Shown piece after piece: positions 45,778 to 56,639 of a stretch of DNA of 64,000 bases. The notes under the pieces were generated by a model. That model did no database searches. It saw only the letters and a program-made list of their open reading frames with translations, and was not told the DNA's origin. Location: the NCBI GenBank assembly GCA_023268615.1, contig JALQUC010000011.1, forward strand, positions 3,040-67,039, written 5' to 3'. A program made the translations under genes and the position numbers. Source of the stretch: Candidatus Altimarinota bacterium (GTDB lineage: Bacteria > Patescibacteriota > Gracilibacteria > BD1-5 > JAGOOR01). Within the stretch, counting starts at the first letter, position 1; every line of letters starts with the position of its first letter.

Positions 45778-46152
45778 ATGTCTATACCAGAAACTTCATT
45801 ACCAACGGAAGCTGAGCTCAGAGAAGGGTATGTTATTTTTCATAAAATTGATTCTGACGAACTTAGTTTACAACTAAAACAGGGTGCAAAATTTGTAAAA
45901 TTTACAATTGCAAGAGTGCGATGAGCTATTGCCGTCATTGTCATGCCTAATTGGATTGGAGCTGTTGCTGCTATAAAGAATGTTCCTGATTGCACTGCAA
46001 TTGGAGGAGGAGAGATTCATGAAAAAGAGAAAAAAGATGTAAATTCTCTGCATTCACTGGAAGAAGTGTATGGGACAAGACCAATTCCGTCTGATTTAAT
46101 GGCTATAATCCGAAAGCGTATTTTAGCTTATTTACCAGAAGAAACTAAGTAA
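45778..46152 (+). CDS. hypothetical protein
   Basis: 124 aa from ATG 45778 with one TGA (45922). TTGACA at 45711 upstream. No family recognised. Confidence 0.4.
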
Positions 46153-46156
46153 TTCT

Positions 46157-46467
46157 GAATCCGAGACAGGAGCGAGTTTCACACCAAGCAAGCGAGAAAA
46201 GAGTAGAATGAAGCGACCTGTCTGCCGGTAGGCAGGGTCGAACTTGCGACCGCAAGAATATTTCGAATTAGAGTTTTGGAGCCGATGACAGGAGCGAACT
46301 TTTCGCCTGCGAATAGCAGGATAGAGAAAAGTGAAGCGAGTATTGAACTTGCGACACGAGGTCGCTTGTGATTTGTTTGGCCTGCCATTCGAAGCGGATA
46401 CAAAAGAACATTTGCCCATCCTTCGCTCCAAAGAGCTACGGAGGGCATTCTCCGCTTATGCGAAGAA
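46157..46467. repeat. degenerate tandem copies of tRNA-Thr-derived sequence
   Basis: GGAGCCGATGACA(G/A)GA occurs at 46278 and 46470, GACAGGAGCGA at 46166 and 46288, and GAACTTGCGAC at 46239, 46346 and 46496. None of the copies can form an acceptor stem. Confidence 0.6.
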
Positions 46468-46543
46468 TGGAGCCGATGACAAGATTCGAACTTGCGACCT
46501 GAAGTTTACGATACTCCTGCTCTACCAGCTGAGCTACATCGGC
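46468..46543 (-). tRNA. tRNA-Thr (anticodon CGU)
   Basis: GCCGATG-TA-GCTC..GAGC-A-GGAGT-ATCGTAA-ACTTC-AGGTC-GCAAG-TTCGAAT-CTTGT-CATCGGC-T-CCA folds as a cloverleaf. CCA is encoded. Confidence 0.9.
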
Positions 46544-46582
46544 ATGGGGGCGAGTTTAATCTGTTTCATGGGTTTGACAAGT

Positions 46583-47110
46583 TTAATCCGAGGAGATTTT
46601 CTCCAGTAATTTTTTCTCTACTTCTATAAATATATCTTCGAGCTGGTCCTTTTCTTCTTTGGTAAATTTTGACAGTACCCAGTCTGCTGCCTCCATATGG
46701 GGATGACGACCGATACCTATCTTGATGCGCTTGATGTCTTTTGTTCCCAGGGATTCAATTATAGAGCTGATGCCATTATGACCGCCGCCGCTTCCTGTCT
46801 CACGAAATCGTACTTTCCCAAATTCCATATCGAGATCGTCTGATATGATGATGATATCTCATGGTTCTATTTTGAAAAAAGAGGCACACGCCTGGACGCT
46901 TTTGCCGGAGAGGTTCATGTAGGTTTCTGGCTTGAGGAGGATACATTTACTTCATTCTAGAATGCACGAAGTGTAGAGTCACTGATATCATTTTTTCCAT
47001 TCTGGTGCGTCCATCTGAGAAGCGAGGTCATCCACAAAAAGAAACCCGACATTGTGCCGAGTTTCTCTGTATTCTTTTCATGGATTTCAGAGACCAACAA
47101 TAAGATACAT
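46583..47110 (-). CDS. pth: peptidyl-tRNA hydrolase
   Basis: 175 aa with 6 TGA. Motifs MYLIVGLG(TGA)NPG(TGA)KEY..TRHNVGF and [12 protein letters not shown]. Confidence 0.88.
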
Positions 47111-47244
47111 ATTTTTTAGATACAAAAGACAAAGTACAGAGTACAAAATAGATGATTTTTTGATAATGGGCTAGGAAAGAAATCGATTAGTGGGTCCGCC
47201 ATTTTGTATTTTTAGTTTTGTATTTTGCACTACACTGAAAGCGT

Positions 47245-47757
47245 TTAGAGGTCCCCAGTCCAGTTTCCTACACCATTTGGACTATTACCACCCTGGCTAC
47301 GACTCCCACCAAAAGTAGGGATGCCAGATGATGAGCCACTTGATGAGAAGCCTGTTTGTCCACTTGCGACAGCAAAACATGATTGGTCAGTATTTCCAAA
47401 TACACGATCTGAGACACATTTCATCGTCTGAAATATATTTCCTGGACTGAACTTCTCACCAATTGACTCAAATCCTACTGCTCGAGAGAGGGCAGGTGTG
47501 ACCAGAATAATAACAATCATCACGATGAGACCGATGAGTGAATATCGAATCATATTGATTGCGGGATGGACTTTGTGTTCATCACCTCCAGAGATGACTA
47601 ACAAAAATCCTCACCAAAGCACGAAAACAATTGTGAGGATAATAGCGATGAGGAGGAGGATGGCGATTCCGACGGTCATGAGCTCTTCCAGAGTATAAAT
47701 CTGAGAAGCTGAGTCTGCAAAGGTGGATGTCTGAGCGTAGACTATTGAGGTGAACAT
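47245..47757 (-). CDS. T4SS pilin-like protein, single module with Gly/Ser-rich tail
   Basis: 170 aa with one TGA. TM - LVISGGDEHKVHPA - TM hairpin, then a ..SSSGSSSGIPTFGGSRSQGGNSPNG tail. Its ATG 47757 overlaps the end of the KH gene. Confidence 0.6.
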
Positions 47758-47990
47758 GGTTCGACGAGGTTTAAGAAGAGCTTTTTATCACTTTTGATGC
47801 CGATAATACGGACGAGAGACTGGAGAGCACGAATAGTTTTTCATCCACGACCAATAACACGCTTCATGTCATCACTGTGGACAGTGAGTTGATAGCGTGT
47901 AGCGTCTGGATCTTCTTTGATCTCCAGGGATACTGCGTCAGGGTTTTCGACAATGTTTGTGATACAAAAGCGTATAAATTTTTCTGCCAT
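47742..47990 (-). CDS. KH-domain RNA-binding protein (YlqC/UPF0109-like)
   Basis: 82 aa: ..VHSDDMKRVIGRG-G(TGA)-KTIRALQSLV. Lies immediately downstream of rpsP, as in the conserved operon. Confidence 0.8.
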
Positions 47991-48046
47991 AAAAAGGGGA
48001 GAGATGATACCGCTGAGCCCACGAACAAATATGCTACAACTCTCTA

Positions 48047-48283
48047 CTAGACAGTGAGAGAGTTAGCTTTGAGGAGTTTTTCAACAGAAGGTGATAATTG
48101 GGCACCTTGTCCGACACGAGTGCGGACCTTGTCCATGTTGATTTCATACTTTTTTGTATGAGCATCATACCAACCGAGGATATCTATTTCGCCAGATTTG
48201 ACTGGACGAGTATGCTCTGTGACGACGATGCGATAGTGAGGGAGATGTTTACGACCTGCACGAGAAAAACGAATCTTTAACAT
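48047..48283 (-). CDS. rpsP: 30S ribosomal protein S16
   Basis: Uninterrupted 78-aa ORF: MLKIRFSRAGRKHLPHYRIVV... Confidence 0.93.
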   Translation of the reverse strand: MLKIRFSRAGRKHLPHYRIVVTEHTRPVKSGEIDILGWYDAHTKKYEINMDKVRTRVGQGAQLSPSVEKLLKANSLTV

Positions 48284-48419
48284 AAAAAAGAGAGATAATT
48301 ACCCAGGTATTCTAGACAAATGTGTATAAATGCAAGTCTTTTTGATGATATTTTTCATTATTTCTGGCTATAACAACAAAAAAGTGGATTTATTGTCTGT
48401 TTTTACTATTATCTGTCAT

Positions 48420-49262
48420 ATGTTTGACTCTCTCAAAAAAAATGCAGATATCTATGTTTCACTTGAGGAAACAGACCAGCCTATGACCTGGTGTGATGAT
48501 TGTGGAAACTACGGTATCCAAAAAGCACTCTTCCAAGCACTCACACTCGAATGACGACAGCCATCTGAGACGATCGTCGCCTATGATGTCGGATGTTCTG
48601 GAAATGAATCGGATAAGGTCGGACTCACTACTATCCATGGTCTCCATGGACGCGTCCTACCCCTCGCAACTGGTATCAAAATTGCTCATCCTGAAATGAC
48701 GGTCATAGCTCATGCGGGTGATGGGGCGACTCTCAGTGAAGGTATCAATCATCTTATCCACACCGTTCGACATGACAGAAATATCCTCTTCATACACCAT
48801 GTTAACGCGACATTTGGCCTCACGACTGGGCAAGCGAGTTCCGTCACACTTCCTGGTACGAAAATGAATGCCGCACCAAAAGGTGTCGATACGCCACCTG
48901 TTGATTCTCTCCGAATCCTCTCTGGATGTAATCCGTCATTTGTCGCACGGACCCTCTCGTATGATATGGACCATATGACAGCTGTGTTCCAAGAATGACT
49001 CCGTCACCCAGGTTTTGCCTATATCGAAGTCCTCCAACTCTGTCCAACCTATAATCGTGTACAAAATCGTGAATGGTATGAGCGAAACATCGTCCATGTC
49101 GGTCAAGGATATATGCCAAACCATGAGAGCTTCCTCGGTTGTCTCAAGCTCGCAAAGATGCCAGTAGGTGTTCTCTTGAATGAACCGAGACAGGAGATAC
49201 AGACAAGGAAAAATCTCATACAAGAAGTGAGGAAGTATGATATTACCCATTTACTGGAGTAA
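48420..49262 (+). CDS. korB: 2-oxoacid:ferredoxin oxidoreductase beta (TPP-binding) subunit
   Basis: 280 aa with 2 TGA. Motifs TWCDDCGNYGI, DVGCSGN, HGRVLPLATG, GDGATLSEGINHLIH and GLTTGQAS. Confidence 0.8.
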
Positions 49263-49264
49263 AT

Positions 49265-49369
49265 AATGAAAAATTCAAAAAACAAAGAGCAAAATGGCGG
49301 ATTTTTTTATAACGGGATTAACTTGATTAACGGGATTAACTTGATTAACGGAATTAACGAATTAAACTA
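49265..49369 (+). CDS. possible 34-aa repeat peptide (MKNSKNKEQNGGFFY-(NGINLI)2-NGINELN)
   Basis: ATG lies 6 nt after GGAG. The ORF is built almost entirely from the 18-nt tandem repeat. Coding status is uncertain. Confidence 0.25.
49310..49363 (+). repeat. three 18-nt tandem units (AACGGGATTAACTTGATT) between korB and the dCMP deaminase gene
   Basis: Two perfect units and one degenerate unit. Shares the 12-mer AACGGGATTAAC with the pepD patch. Confidence 0.9.
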
Positions 49370-49394
49370 ATAAAACAAATTAAACTTTTTCAAT

Positions 49395-49934
49395 ATGGCA
49401 GAAAGAATAACCTGGGATCAATACTTCATGGGACTCGCGCTCCTCTCCGCAAAACGCAGTAAAGATACGAGGAGTAAAAATGGAGCATGTATCATCGATT
49501 CACATAATCGTATTGTCGGAATTGGGTATAACTGATTTCCAAGAGGTTGCCCTGATGATGAATTCCCACATGCACGAGGTCGTGATGAGCAGGGAAATCT
49601 CATACGACTCTATGATTCAAAGCATGCCTATGTCGTCCATGCAGAGGCGAATGCTATTCTCAATTCTATGGGGAGAAATATGGAAGGAGCAACACTTTAC
49701 TGTACAATGCCTACTTGCAATGAATGTGCGAAGCTCATAATCCAGGTCTGAATCAAACGAGTGGTTTATTTTGCCAGTCCTACCTATGAAAATCGTGATG
49801 AATTTCTCGCCGCTAAGCGTATGTATGCTTCTGCTGGTGTCCTCTGTGAAGCCTATACTGGCCCAGTAGATACTCTCGAACTTCATTACACTGATTCCCA
49901 CGGTAGAAGTGAGAAAAAAGAAGATTGTTGTTAA
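49395..49934 (+). CDS. dCMP deaminase (ComEB/CDA family)
   Basis: 179 aa with 2 TGA. Motifs VHAEANAI and MPTCNECAKLI. Confidence 0.85.
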
Positions 49935-49936
49935 TT

Positions 49937-51817
49937 TTATTTCTTCTTCAAGATATCAATAAATGTCTCACTTGGGATAGATACTTTTCCAAATTCTTTC
50001 ATTTTCTTTTTACCTTTCTTTTGTTTATCAAGGAGTTTGTTTTTTCGAGTGACATCACCTCCATAGAGATATCCTGTCACATCTTTCCTGTATGCATTAA
50101 TGGTCTCACGGGCGATGACTTTTGCACCAATAGCCGCCTGGATGGGTATAGAGAAGAGTTGTTTCGGGATAGCTTCCTTCAGCTTGCCACAGAGCTCGAT
50201 GCCGACATGAAATGATTTACTTCTATGAGTAATCGTTGAGAATGCTGAGATTCGCTCGTTATTCACTAGGATATCTATCTTTACGAGGTCGTCTCGCTTG
50301 TAGTTCAATTGTTCGTAGCTCATACTCGCATAGCCTGATGAGCGAGATTTTAGCTCATCATAGAAATCGGTGATGATCTCTGCCATCGGTATCTCGTAGG
50401 TCAGGATTGAGCGAGTTTCGTCGATGTATGCCTGATTTTTGTAGATACCACGATGTTCCTGGGCGAGCTTCATCATCTCTCAGACCATATCAGAACGGGT
50501 GATGATCTCGAGTTTCACTATTGGTTCCTCTATCCACTCATAGGTTCCTGGCTCTGGGAGATTTTCAGGATTCTTGATCCAGAGGCGGGTATAGGTTTTT
50601 TCACCTATTTTCTCTACTTGGAGAGGAGTATTTTTGAATTCATGGCTGTGATCTCCAGGCATCATAACTTGATAGGTGACTTGGGGGCTCGTGAGGATGA
50701 CATCAAGGTCAAATTCTCGATCAAGTCGCTCCTTGACTATCTCCATATGCAGAAGTCCGAGAAATCCACAACGAAATCCATGTCCGAGAGCGGGGGAGAC
50801 TTCGTGTTCATTTGTCAGGCTACTGTCACTCATCTTGAGTTTCTCGATATCTGTTTTGAGCTGATTGTAGTCTTCTGTATCGACAGGGTAGACACCAGCA
50901 AATACATAGGGAACGACTTTTTGGAATCCTGGAATAGGGTGCTTGTATTCAGGTGCACCAGCAAAAATAGTATCACCGACGCGAGCTTCTTGCAGTGTCT
51001 TAATCCCTGTGACTATGTAGCCTATTTCTCCTGTCTTGAGAGAAGGAAGTGGATGATATTCTGGTTTGAAACAACCTACCTCGAGGACATCGACAACGGT
51101 GTCTGTACTCATGAGTGTGATTTTATCACCTCGTTTTATTTCCCCAGAAAACAGCTTGATGTAGATGACGACACCACGATATGAATCGTATTGAGAATCA
51201 AATATGAGACCGAGCTTGACGGAATCTGGGATTTTTCAGGCTGCATTGTTGGTGATTATTTCTCCTCCGGCTCCGACTGATCGTGGCTCAGGAATTCGCT
51301 CGACGATGGCATCGAGGACTTTGTCGACATTGGTCCCTACTTTTGCTGAGACGGGTATGATATCTGCTTCATCACAGCCTATGAGTGAGACGATTTCTCT
51401 CGTGACTCGAGGAATGTCTGCACTTGGGAGGTCAATCTTGTTCAAAACGGGAATAATCACGAGATTATGCTCGATGGCCATGTAGAGATTTGAGAGCGTC
51501 TGTGCTTCGATACCCTGAGTCGCATCGACCACGAGGACGACTCACTCGACTGATGCGAGACTTCGAGAGACTTCATACTGGAAATCCACATGACCTGGCG
51601 TATCGATGAGATTGATTTCATTTCCTTTCCAGGACATCCGCACTGGTGTGAGCTTTATTGTAATTCCTCGCTCTTGCTCTATCTCCATAGTGTCGAGCAT
51701 TTGGCTGTTTTTCATTTCGCGCTTTTCCTTGGTTCCGGTGAATTCGAGCATCCTATCTGCAAGGGTTGATTTGCCGTGATCGATATGCGCAATGATTCAG
51801 AAGTTTCGGATAGACAT
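49937..51817 (-). CDS. lepA: translation elongation factor 4 (LepA)
   Basis: 626 aa, junctions codon-walked (5 TGA). Motifs [28 protein letters not shown] and [14 protein letters not shown], plus a C-terminal LepA domain. Confidence 0.93.
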
Positions 51818-51903
51818 GCCTGTATCTTAATAAAAAGGATGAAAATGCAATTATTGTCGTTGCAAAGTTTGATTTCTATGCGATTTTATGATACCATTTG
51901 TCT

Positions 51904-52278
51904 ATGAAAAAAATCATCATCCTTCTCTGGGCACTTTCGGGGCTGGCTTTTGCTCTCACAGATACTGATGCAGATGGTGTGGCAGATGACCAGGATATCT
52001 GTCCGAGAGTCTATGCCCGCTCAACCACAGGCTGTCCTACACTAGCACCTCCTGTTACTTCTCTGACTCCCAATAATTGTCTCGCTGCCCAGCTCAAAAA
52101 TGGTAAAACAATTGTCACTATTCGTCCTGTCTGTGATGCTACTACCAAGGTGTGTCCAAGAGTAGCCAATATCCTCGGTGTCCAGTCGTGTGATCCTATT
52201 TTTCCTGTTATTTTTGATCAAAAAACTGGTCTCGTCCTCGTCAGAGGAAGTATTTATATCGTAGATTACACCAAGTAA
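51904..52278 (+). CDS. small secreted Cys-rich protein with a thrombospondin type-3-like Ca-binding motif
   Basis: Signal peptide MKKIIILLWALSGLAFA, then DTDADGVADDQDICP. Confidence 0.55.
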   Translation: MKKIIILLWALSGLAFALTDTDADGVADDQDICPRVYARSTTGCPTLAPPVTSLTPNNCLAAQLKNGKTIVTIRPVCDATTKVCPRVANILGVQSCDPIFPVIFDQKTGLVLVRGSIYIVDYTK

Positions 52279-52281
52279 ACC

Positions 52282-53427
52282 ATGCGACGCCTTCTCGTTC
52301 TTCTTTCCGTCTTTCTCTTCTCTTTTCCACTTGTTTTCTCACAGGATGCGAGTAGTCAATTATCTGCTTCTCTGTCACTCTTCCCGAGTCATGAACAAGC
52401 GAGCGAAGAAAGTCCTGCAGATTCTCTCAAGCGGTTAAAGAAGAAACAACTCGAGATACTCTCCACTCTCAGTATTGAAAAACAAAGACTTCTCAACGAG
52501 ACTGATGAAATATCTGAACAGAAAAGAGAGGACTTTATCAAACAAAAAAATGAGGAACTTGCCGCCATTAATCTCGATATAGAGCGCCTCCAGGAACTCC
52601 GTTCTCACGAGATAACTAATACCATTCAACAAATCTCATGGTATCTCCTGATTTTTCTCTTTATCTATCTCCTTCGTGTTATTTCGAGGAGTTTCCTGTC
52701 GCGTTTTGCGGGCTGATTTTCCAAGTCGCACCGAGAAGTCCTCTTTATTATTCATAAGTGGTTCTTTTATATCCTCTTTTTCGCTGCACTTTTGATGATA
52801 TTTTCTGCTGAATTTATCTCGTTCCTGCCATTTATTGCTATCCTCACGACGGCTGTTGGTTTTTCCCTCCGAGAAGTCGTATCGTCTTTTATTGGATGGT
52901 TTGTCATAGAAGCGGATTCAGGATATCAGCCAGGTGACCTCATCGAGCTCGATACTATGACGGGTCGAGTAAAATCTATCACACCACTTCTCACCACAAT
53001 CGAGGAATATGGTGTACAGTGATTTACTGGTAAAATCATCTCTTTTCCGAATAAAACTATTTTTGAAAAAAGTATCAAGAACTGGTCACATGGTTCTGAT
53101 TTTCTGATGATTTCGAGTGATTTTCTTCTCACCTATGAGAGCGACATAGAAGCGGCCAAAGAGATACTCATGGAGGTAGTCGGATACAATGCTCTCCCTC
53201 AGTACTATAGTTCGAGAAAAGAAATCAACCTCTTCAAATCTATCTACAACTTCACGGATGCTGATCTCAAACCACAAATTCATGTACTCACTGATCATCG
53301 AGGTATCATCCTCCGTGTTCGAAACCTTGTCCATATGAAGGATAGATTTGTCGAGCAATCTCGTATAGCTGAGACATTTATCTCACGAGTTCAGAAGTCA
53401 AAAAATATCACCATGGGCAAGATATAG
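52282..53427 (+). CDS. mechanosensitive channel, MscS family
   Basis: 381 aa with 2 TGA. Signal peptide plus coiled coil, TM helices, and MscS beta-domain motif YQPGDLIELDTMTGRVKSITPLLTTIEE. Confidence 0.75.
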
Positions 53428-54375
53428 TTATCTCTTCCAACGAGCGTATACTCCTGTTGTAATACTTCTCTCGCTCGCGGTTTCCTGTATGCCGAGCTCG
53501 CCATGTTCTATCGTGCCTGCGGGGAGTATGTCGGCGAGGATATTTGCCAGCGTTGTTGAAAAAATACTTGAAGCATAAGTATTCACGAGGAAGAATAGGG
53601 GATCTGGAGAGATGATTCTCTTGATACTCTCGAGGAGGAGAGGAAAAGAAGTATCGAATTCCCATTTTTCACCATTGGCTCCATGACCAAATACCGGAGG
53701 ATCCATGATAAATCCATCATAAGTATTTCATCTGCGCGCTTCTCGTTCGACGAATTTCACCACATCCTCGAGTATCCATCTGATAGAATCATCGGGCAAG
53801 CCTGAGAGTTCCATGTTTTTCTGAGCCCATCCAATGGTTGGTTTTGATCCGTCGACATGTGTCACTCTCGCCCCCTCCTTTGCACAGGCTATTGAGGCTA
53901 TACCAGTATAGGCAAAGAGATTCAAGACCTTAATCTCTCTAGAAGTTTTGAGTTTTGAGTTTTGAGTTTCTAGTTGAGGAATCTTTAATAATCCGCTATT
54001 ATTCATTTTTCATTTTTCATTTTTCATTGAAGTGCGTAGAACTTGTCTAGTCCAATCCCAATGAAGAGCCTGCTCGGGAAATACTCCTACATGGCGATAA
54101 GGTGACCATCGGCACTGCCAAGAAAGATCGCCATAGGACATCACCCAATCTCGGACATCGTCCGGTGTCTTCATCCATTTTCCTTGCCCACCACCACTTT
54201 TATCAAAAAATGCATCCCAATTCCAGTCTTTTTGATTTCTGGTCCAGAGCGCCTGAGATTCTGGTCGTGCTATTTTAAAACTTCAATAACGCTCAAATTT
54301 CATACCATCTCCAGAATCGAGGAGTTCGTAGTCTGGATAGGATTTGAGGAGGAGATGATTTGATACAATGGTCAT
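53428..54375 (-). CDS. class I SAM-dependent methyltransferase (RlmI/PF10672-like)
   Basis: 315 aa. Motifs HVGVFPEQALHWDW, VLNLFAYTGIASIACAKEGA..VTHVDGS and FIMDPPVFG. A low-complexity insert is encoded by two heptamer repeats. Confidence 0.75.
53945..53972 (+). repeat. (GTTTTGA)x3 plus one degenerate unit inside the methyltransferase gene
   Basis: Encodes ..QLETQNSKLKT.. on the minus strand. Confidence 0.9.
54004..54028 (+). repeat. (CATTTTT)x3.5 heptanucleotide repeat inside the same methyltransferase gene
   Basis: Encodes ..MKNEKGKMNN... Lies 31 nt from the GTTTTGA repeat. Confidence 0.9.
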
Positions 54376-54411
54376 ATACAAGAAAGAAGAAATAAAAAGA
54401 AAAGAATAAAA

Positions 54412-56097
54412 TTATTCACCATCATCTTCGCGGACGATTCCACTCTGTAGGTCTACCATACCTGCGTATTTTTTTCAGAGCTTGAGCAGCTGTGTATGTG
54501 TTCATCGTTCTACTATTTTCCCTTTTTCAATGACGATGATATCGTCAGCTGATTTGACTGTCTGGAGTCGATGAGCTATGACCACGACTGTTCTGCCTAC
54601 GAAGAGATGCTCAAATGCTCTCGCCACCTTCTCCTCACTGTAGCTATCGAGGGCTGCTGTTGGTTCATCGAGGAGGATAATCTCAGGATCTTTGAGAAAT
54701 ATTTTTGCTATAGCGAGGCGTTGTTTCTGACCTCAGCTGAGCCTCACGCCGCGTTCACCTATTTCCGTTTTTATACCGTCTTCTAGCTCGTAGATAAATT
54801 GACACTCAGAGAGTTCTATCGCTTTTTTGAGCTGCTCTTTTGAGACCTTTCCTCGAGCTCCATAGAGCAGATTTTCTTCTATCGTTCCATCAAATACTGA
54901 CGGTTCCTGTGTCAGATATCCGATATGAGGGTAGTAGCTATCCAGGCGTATTTCTGTTATGTCTTGACCGTCTATCATGAGTTTTCATCCTGTTGGTCGC
55001 ATATATCCTGCGAGGAGTTTCATGATGGTTGTCTTGCCTCCTCATGATCGACCGACGAGCGCAGTTTTTTTACCTCCGGATATTTTTACTGAAAAATTTT
55101 CTAACACTGATGCCTGACTGTGGTATGAGAACTCGACATCCCGGAGCTCGTAGTCTCATTTTCTAAATTCAAATCTTCTCCCAGTATCATATCACTCTAT
55201 TGCCGGAGTATTATCGATAAAATCCCAGAGCTTCTCTATGTGTACAAATGATTTTGTAAAATTTTCATAGTACTCAATACTATCACGAAGAGTTATCTCA
55301 AACATACCGAGTACAGTCAGAATCCCAATCATATCACTGAGGAGATATGTCTCACCAAAAACACGCATCCCCAGATAGTAATAACATCCCACGATAATTC
55401 CTGAGAGAAGAAACTTCGGGGTTTGAAAAAGAAAGGATCCCCAGAAATTTTGCTTTCGTGCAAGCTCCCAAGAATAATCTGATATGGCATCAATCTTTTT
55501 TATTTCTTTGTCTATTGAGCTATTTTGTAAAATTTCAAACTTTGACATGATGATTTTTGCCAATGCCCCAGTCGTTCTTACATTATTCTCTTTCCTTTGT
55601 TTTCTATAAAAAGTAGTGTGTTTATTGAAATAAATAATTGCTATAAAGATACATATGATTGTGCTCATTCCACCGACGAGTCATTGCCAGGGGAGGTCTC
55701 TCGCTAGGAATAATCAGAAGATAAGCGTAGTAATGACTCTTGCACCATGAGCCATAGTTCCCAGCAATGAGAGTGTGAGCTCGTCGACACCTTTTTGAAA
55801 AATACTAATAATTCTTCAGGTGCCCAATGCTTCTATTTTTTCCTGATCCAGCCGTATGAATTTTTTTAGGTATTTCCTATAGATGTAGGGGTCCCATGTA
55901 TACTGCTGTTCTACCCAATAATAATTACGAAATATGAAACCTGCTACCTGGAAAGTTACCATAATTATGCTCGCTCAAATCAGAGTGTTTGTGAATCATT
56001 GGATATCTCCATTTTCTAAATCCTGCACAATCCTCCTCAAGAAATACGCTAGAAAAAGAGTGAAACAAGTCGTATTGAGGGTCGTAAAAATACGCAT
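54412..56097 (-). CDS. ABC exporter, fused permease and ATPase (MsbA-like)
   Basis: Codon-walked. Walker A VGRS-G(TGA)-GGKTT, signature LS-G(TGA)-GQKQR, Walker B ILLDEPT. The start is uncertain: ATG 56097 is the first Met after in-frame TAA 56170. Confidence 0.8.
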
Positions 56098-56168
56098 GAA
56101 GCTCACAAAGGGAAATGCTCCACACGGTTCAAAGAATCGTTTTGTTTTTTGCCAAAAATTCATGGAGT

Positions 56169-56636
56169 TTATTGTATTGTATTTCTTTCAAAGACAACCA
56201 TATCAACTCGTTTATCCCATGGTTCTTCGGGTATAGTGCCCACTATCTGACACTTGAAGGCCAGACCGATAGTCGCTATATATTCCGATTTTTCTAATAA
56301 TCTGTCATAAAAACCACTTCATCGTCCGAGTCTCGCTCCGTCTACTGTAAAGGCTCTTCCTGGAACAAGAATGATGCATTTTTCTGGTATTTGTATCTCT
56401 TCAGTTGTTTGTGGTATCAGAAATACTTTTTTCTGGTGATCCTCACACCATGTGTGAATATTACTCGTATCTATCTCGTCCGGAAATGCTGTGTAGCTCA
56501 CGAGTGTTTCAAAGTCGTATTGCTCTAAGAGAGCGATTGCCTCATTGCAGACAGCAATGTTTTCTGTTTGTCTTGACTGGAGAGATTGAGACTCTATCTG
56601 TTTTTGGACATGATTTCGGAGAGTCTTTTTGTCCAT
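56169..56636 (-). CDS. 5-formyltetrahydrofolate cyclo-ligase
   Basis: 155 aa. Motifs ..ILVPGRAFTVDGARLGR-G(TGA)-SGFYDRLL.. and ..IPEEPWDKRVDMVV. Confidence 0.75.
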
Positions 56637-56639
56637 ATT

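Noticed and set aside
46274-46467. A second, possibly intron-containing tRNA next to tRNA-Thr
   Set aside because: The 5'-like piece (GCCCTCC..) has no complementary 3' acceptor strand. The T-arm-like pieces have wrong loop sizes. I interpret the region as decayed copies.
47121-47244. Inverted and direct TACAAAAT / TTTTGTAT repeats between pth and the pilin-like gene, as a possible regulatory or mobile element
   Set aside because: The repeats are short, AT-rich and imperfect, and are compatible with an ordinary terminator or promoter region. There is not enough signal to claim a feature.
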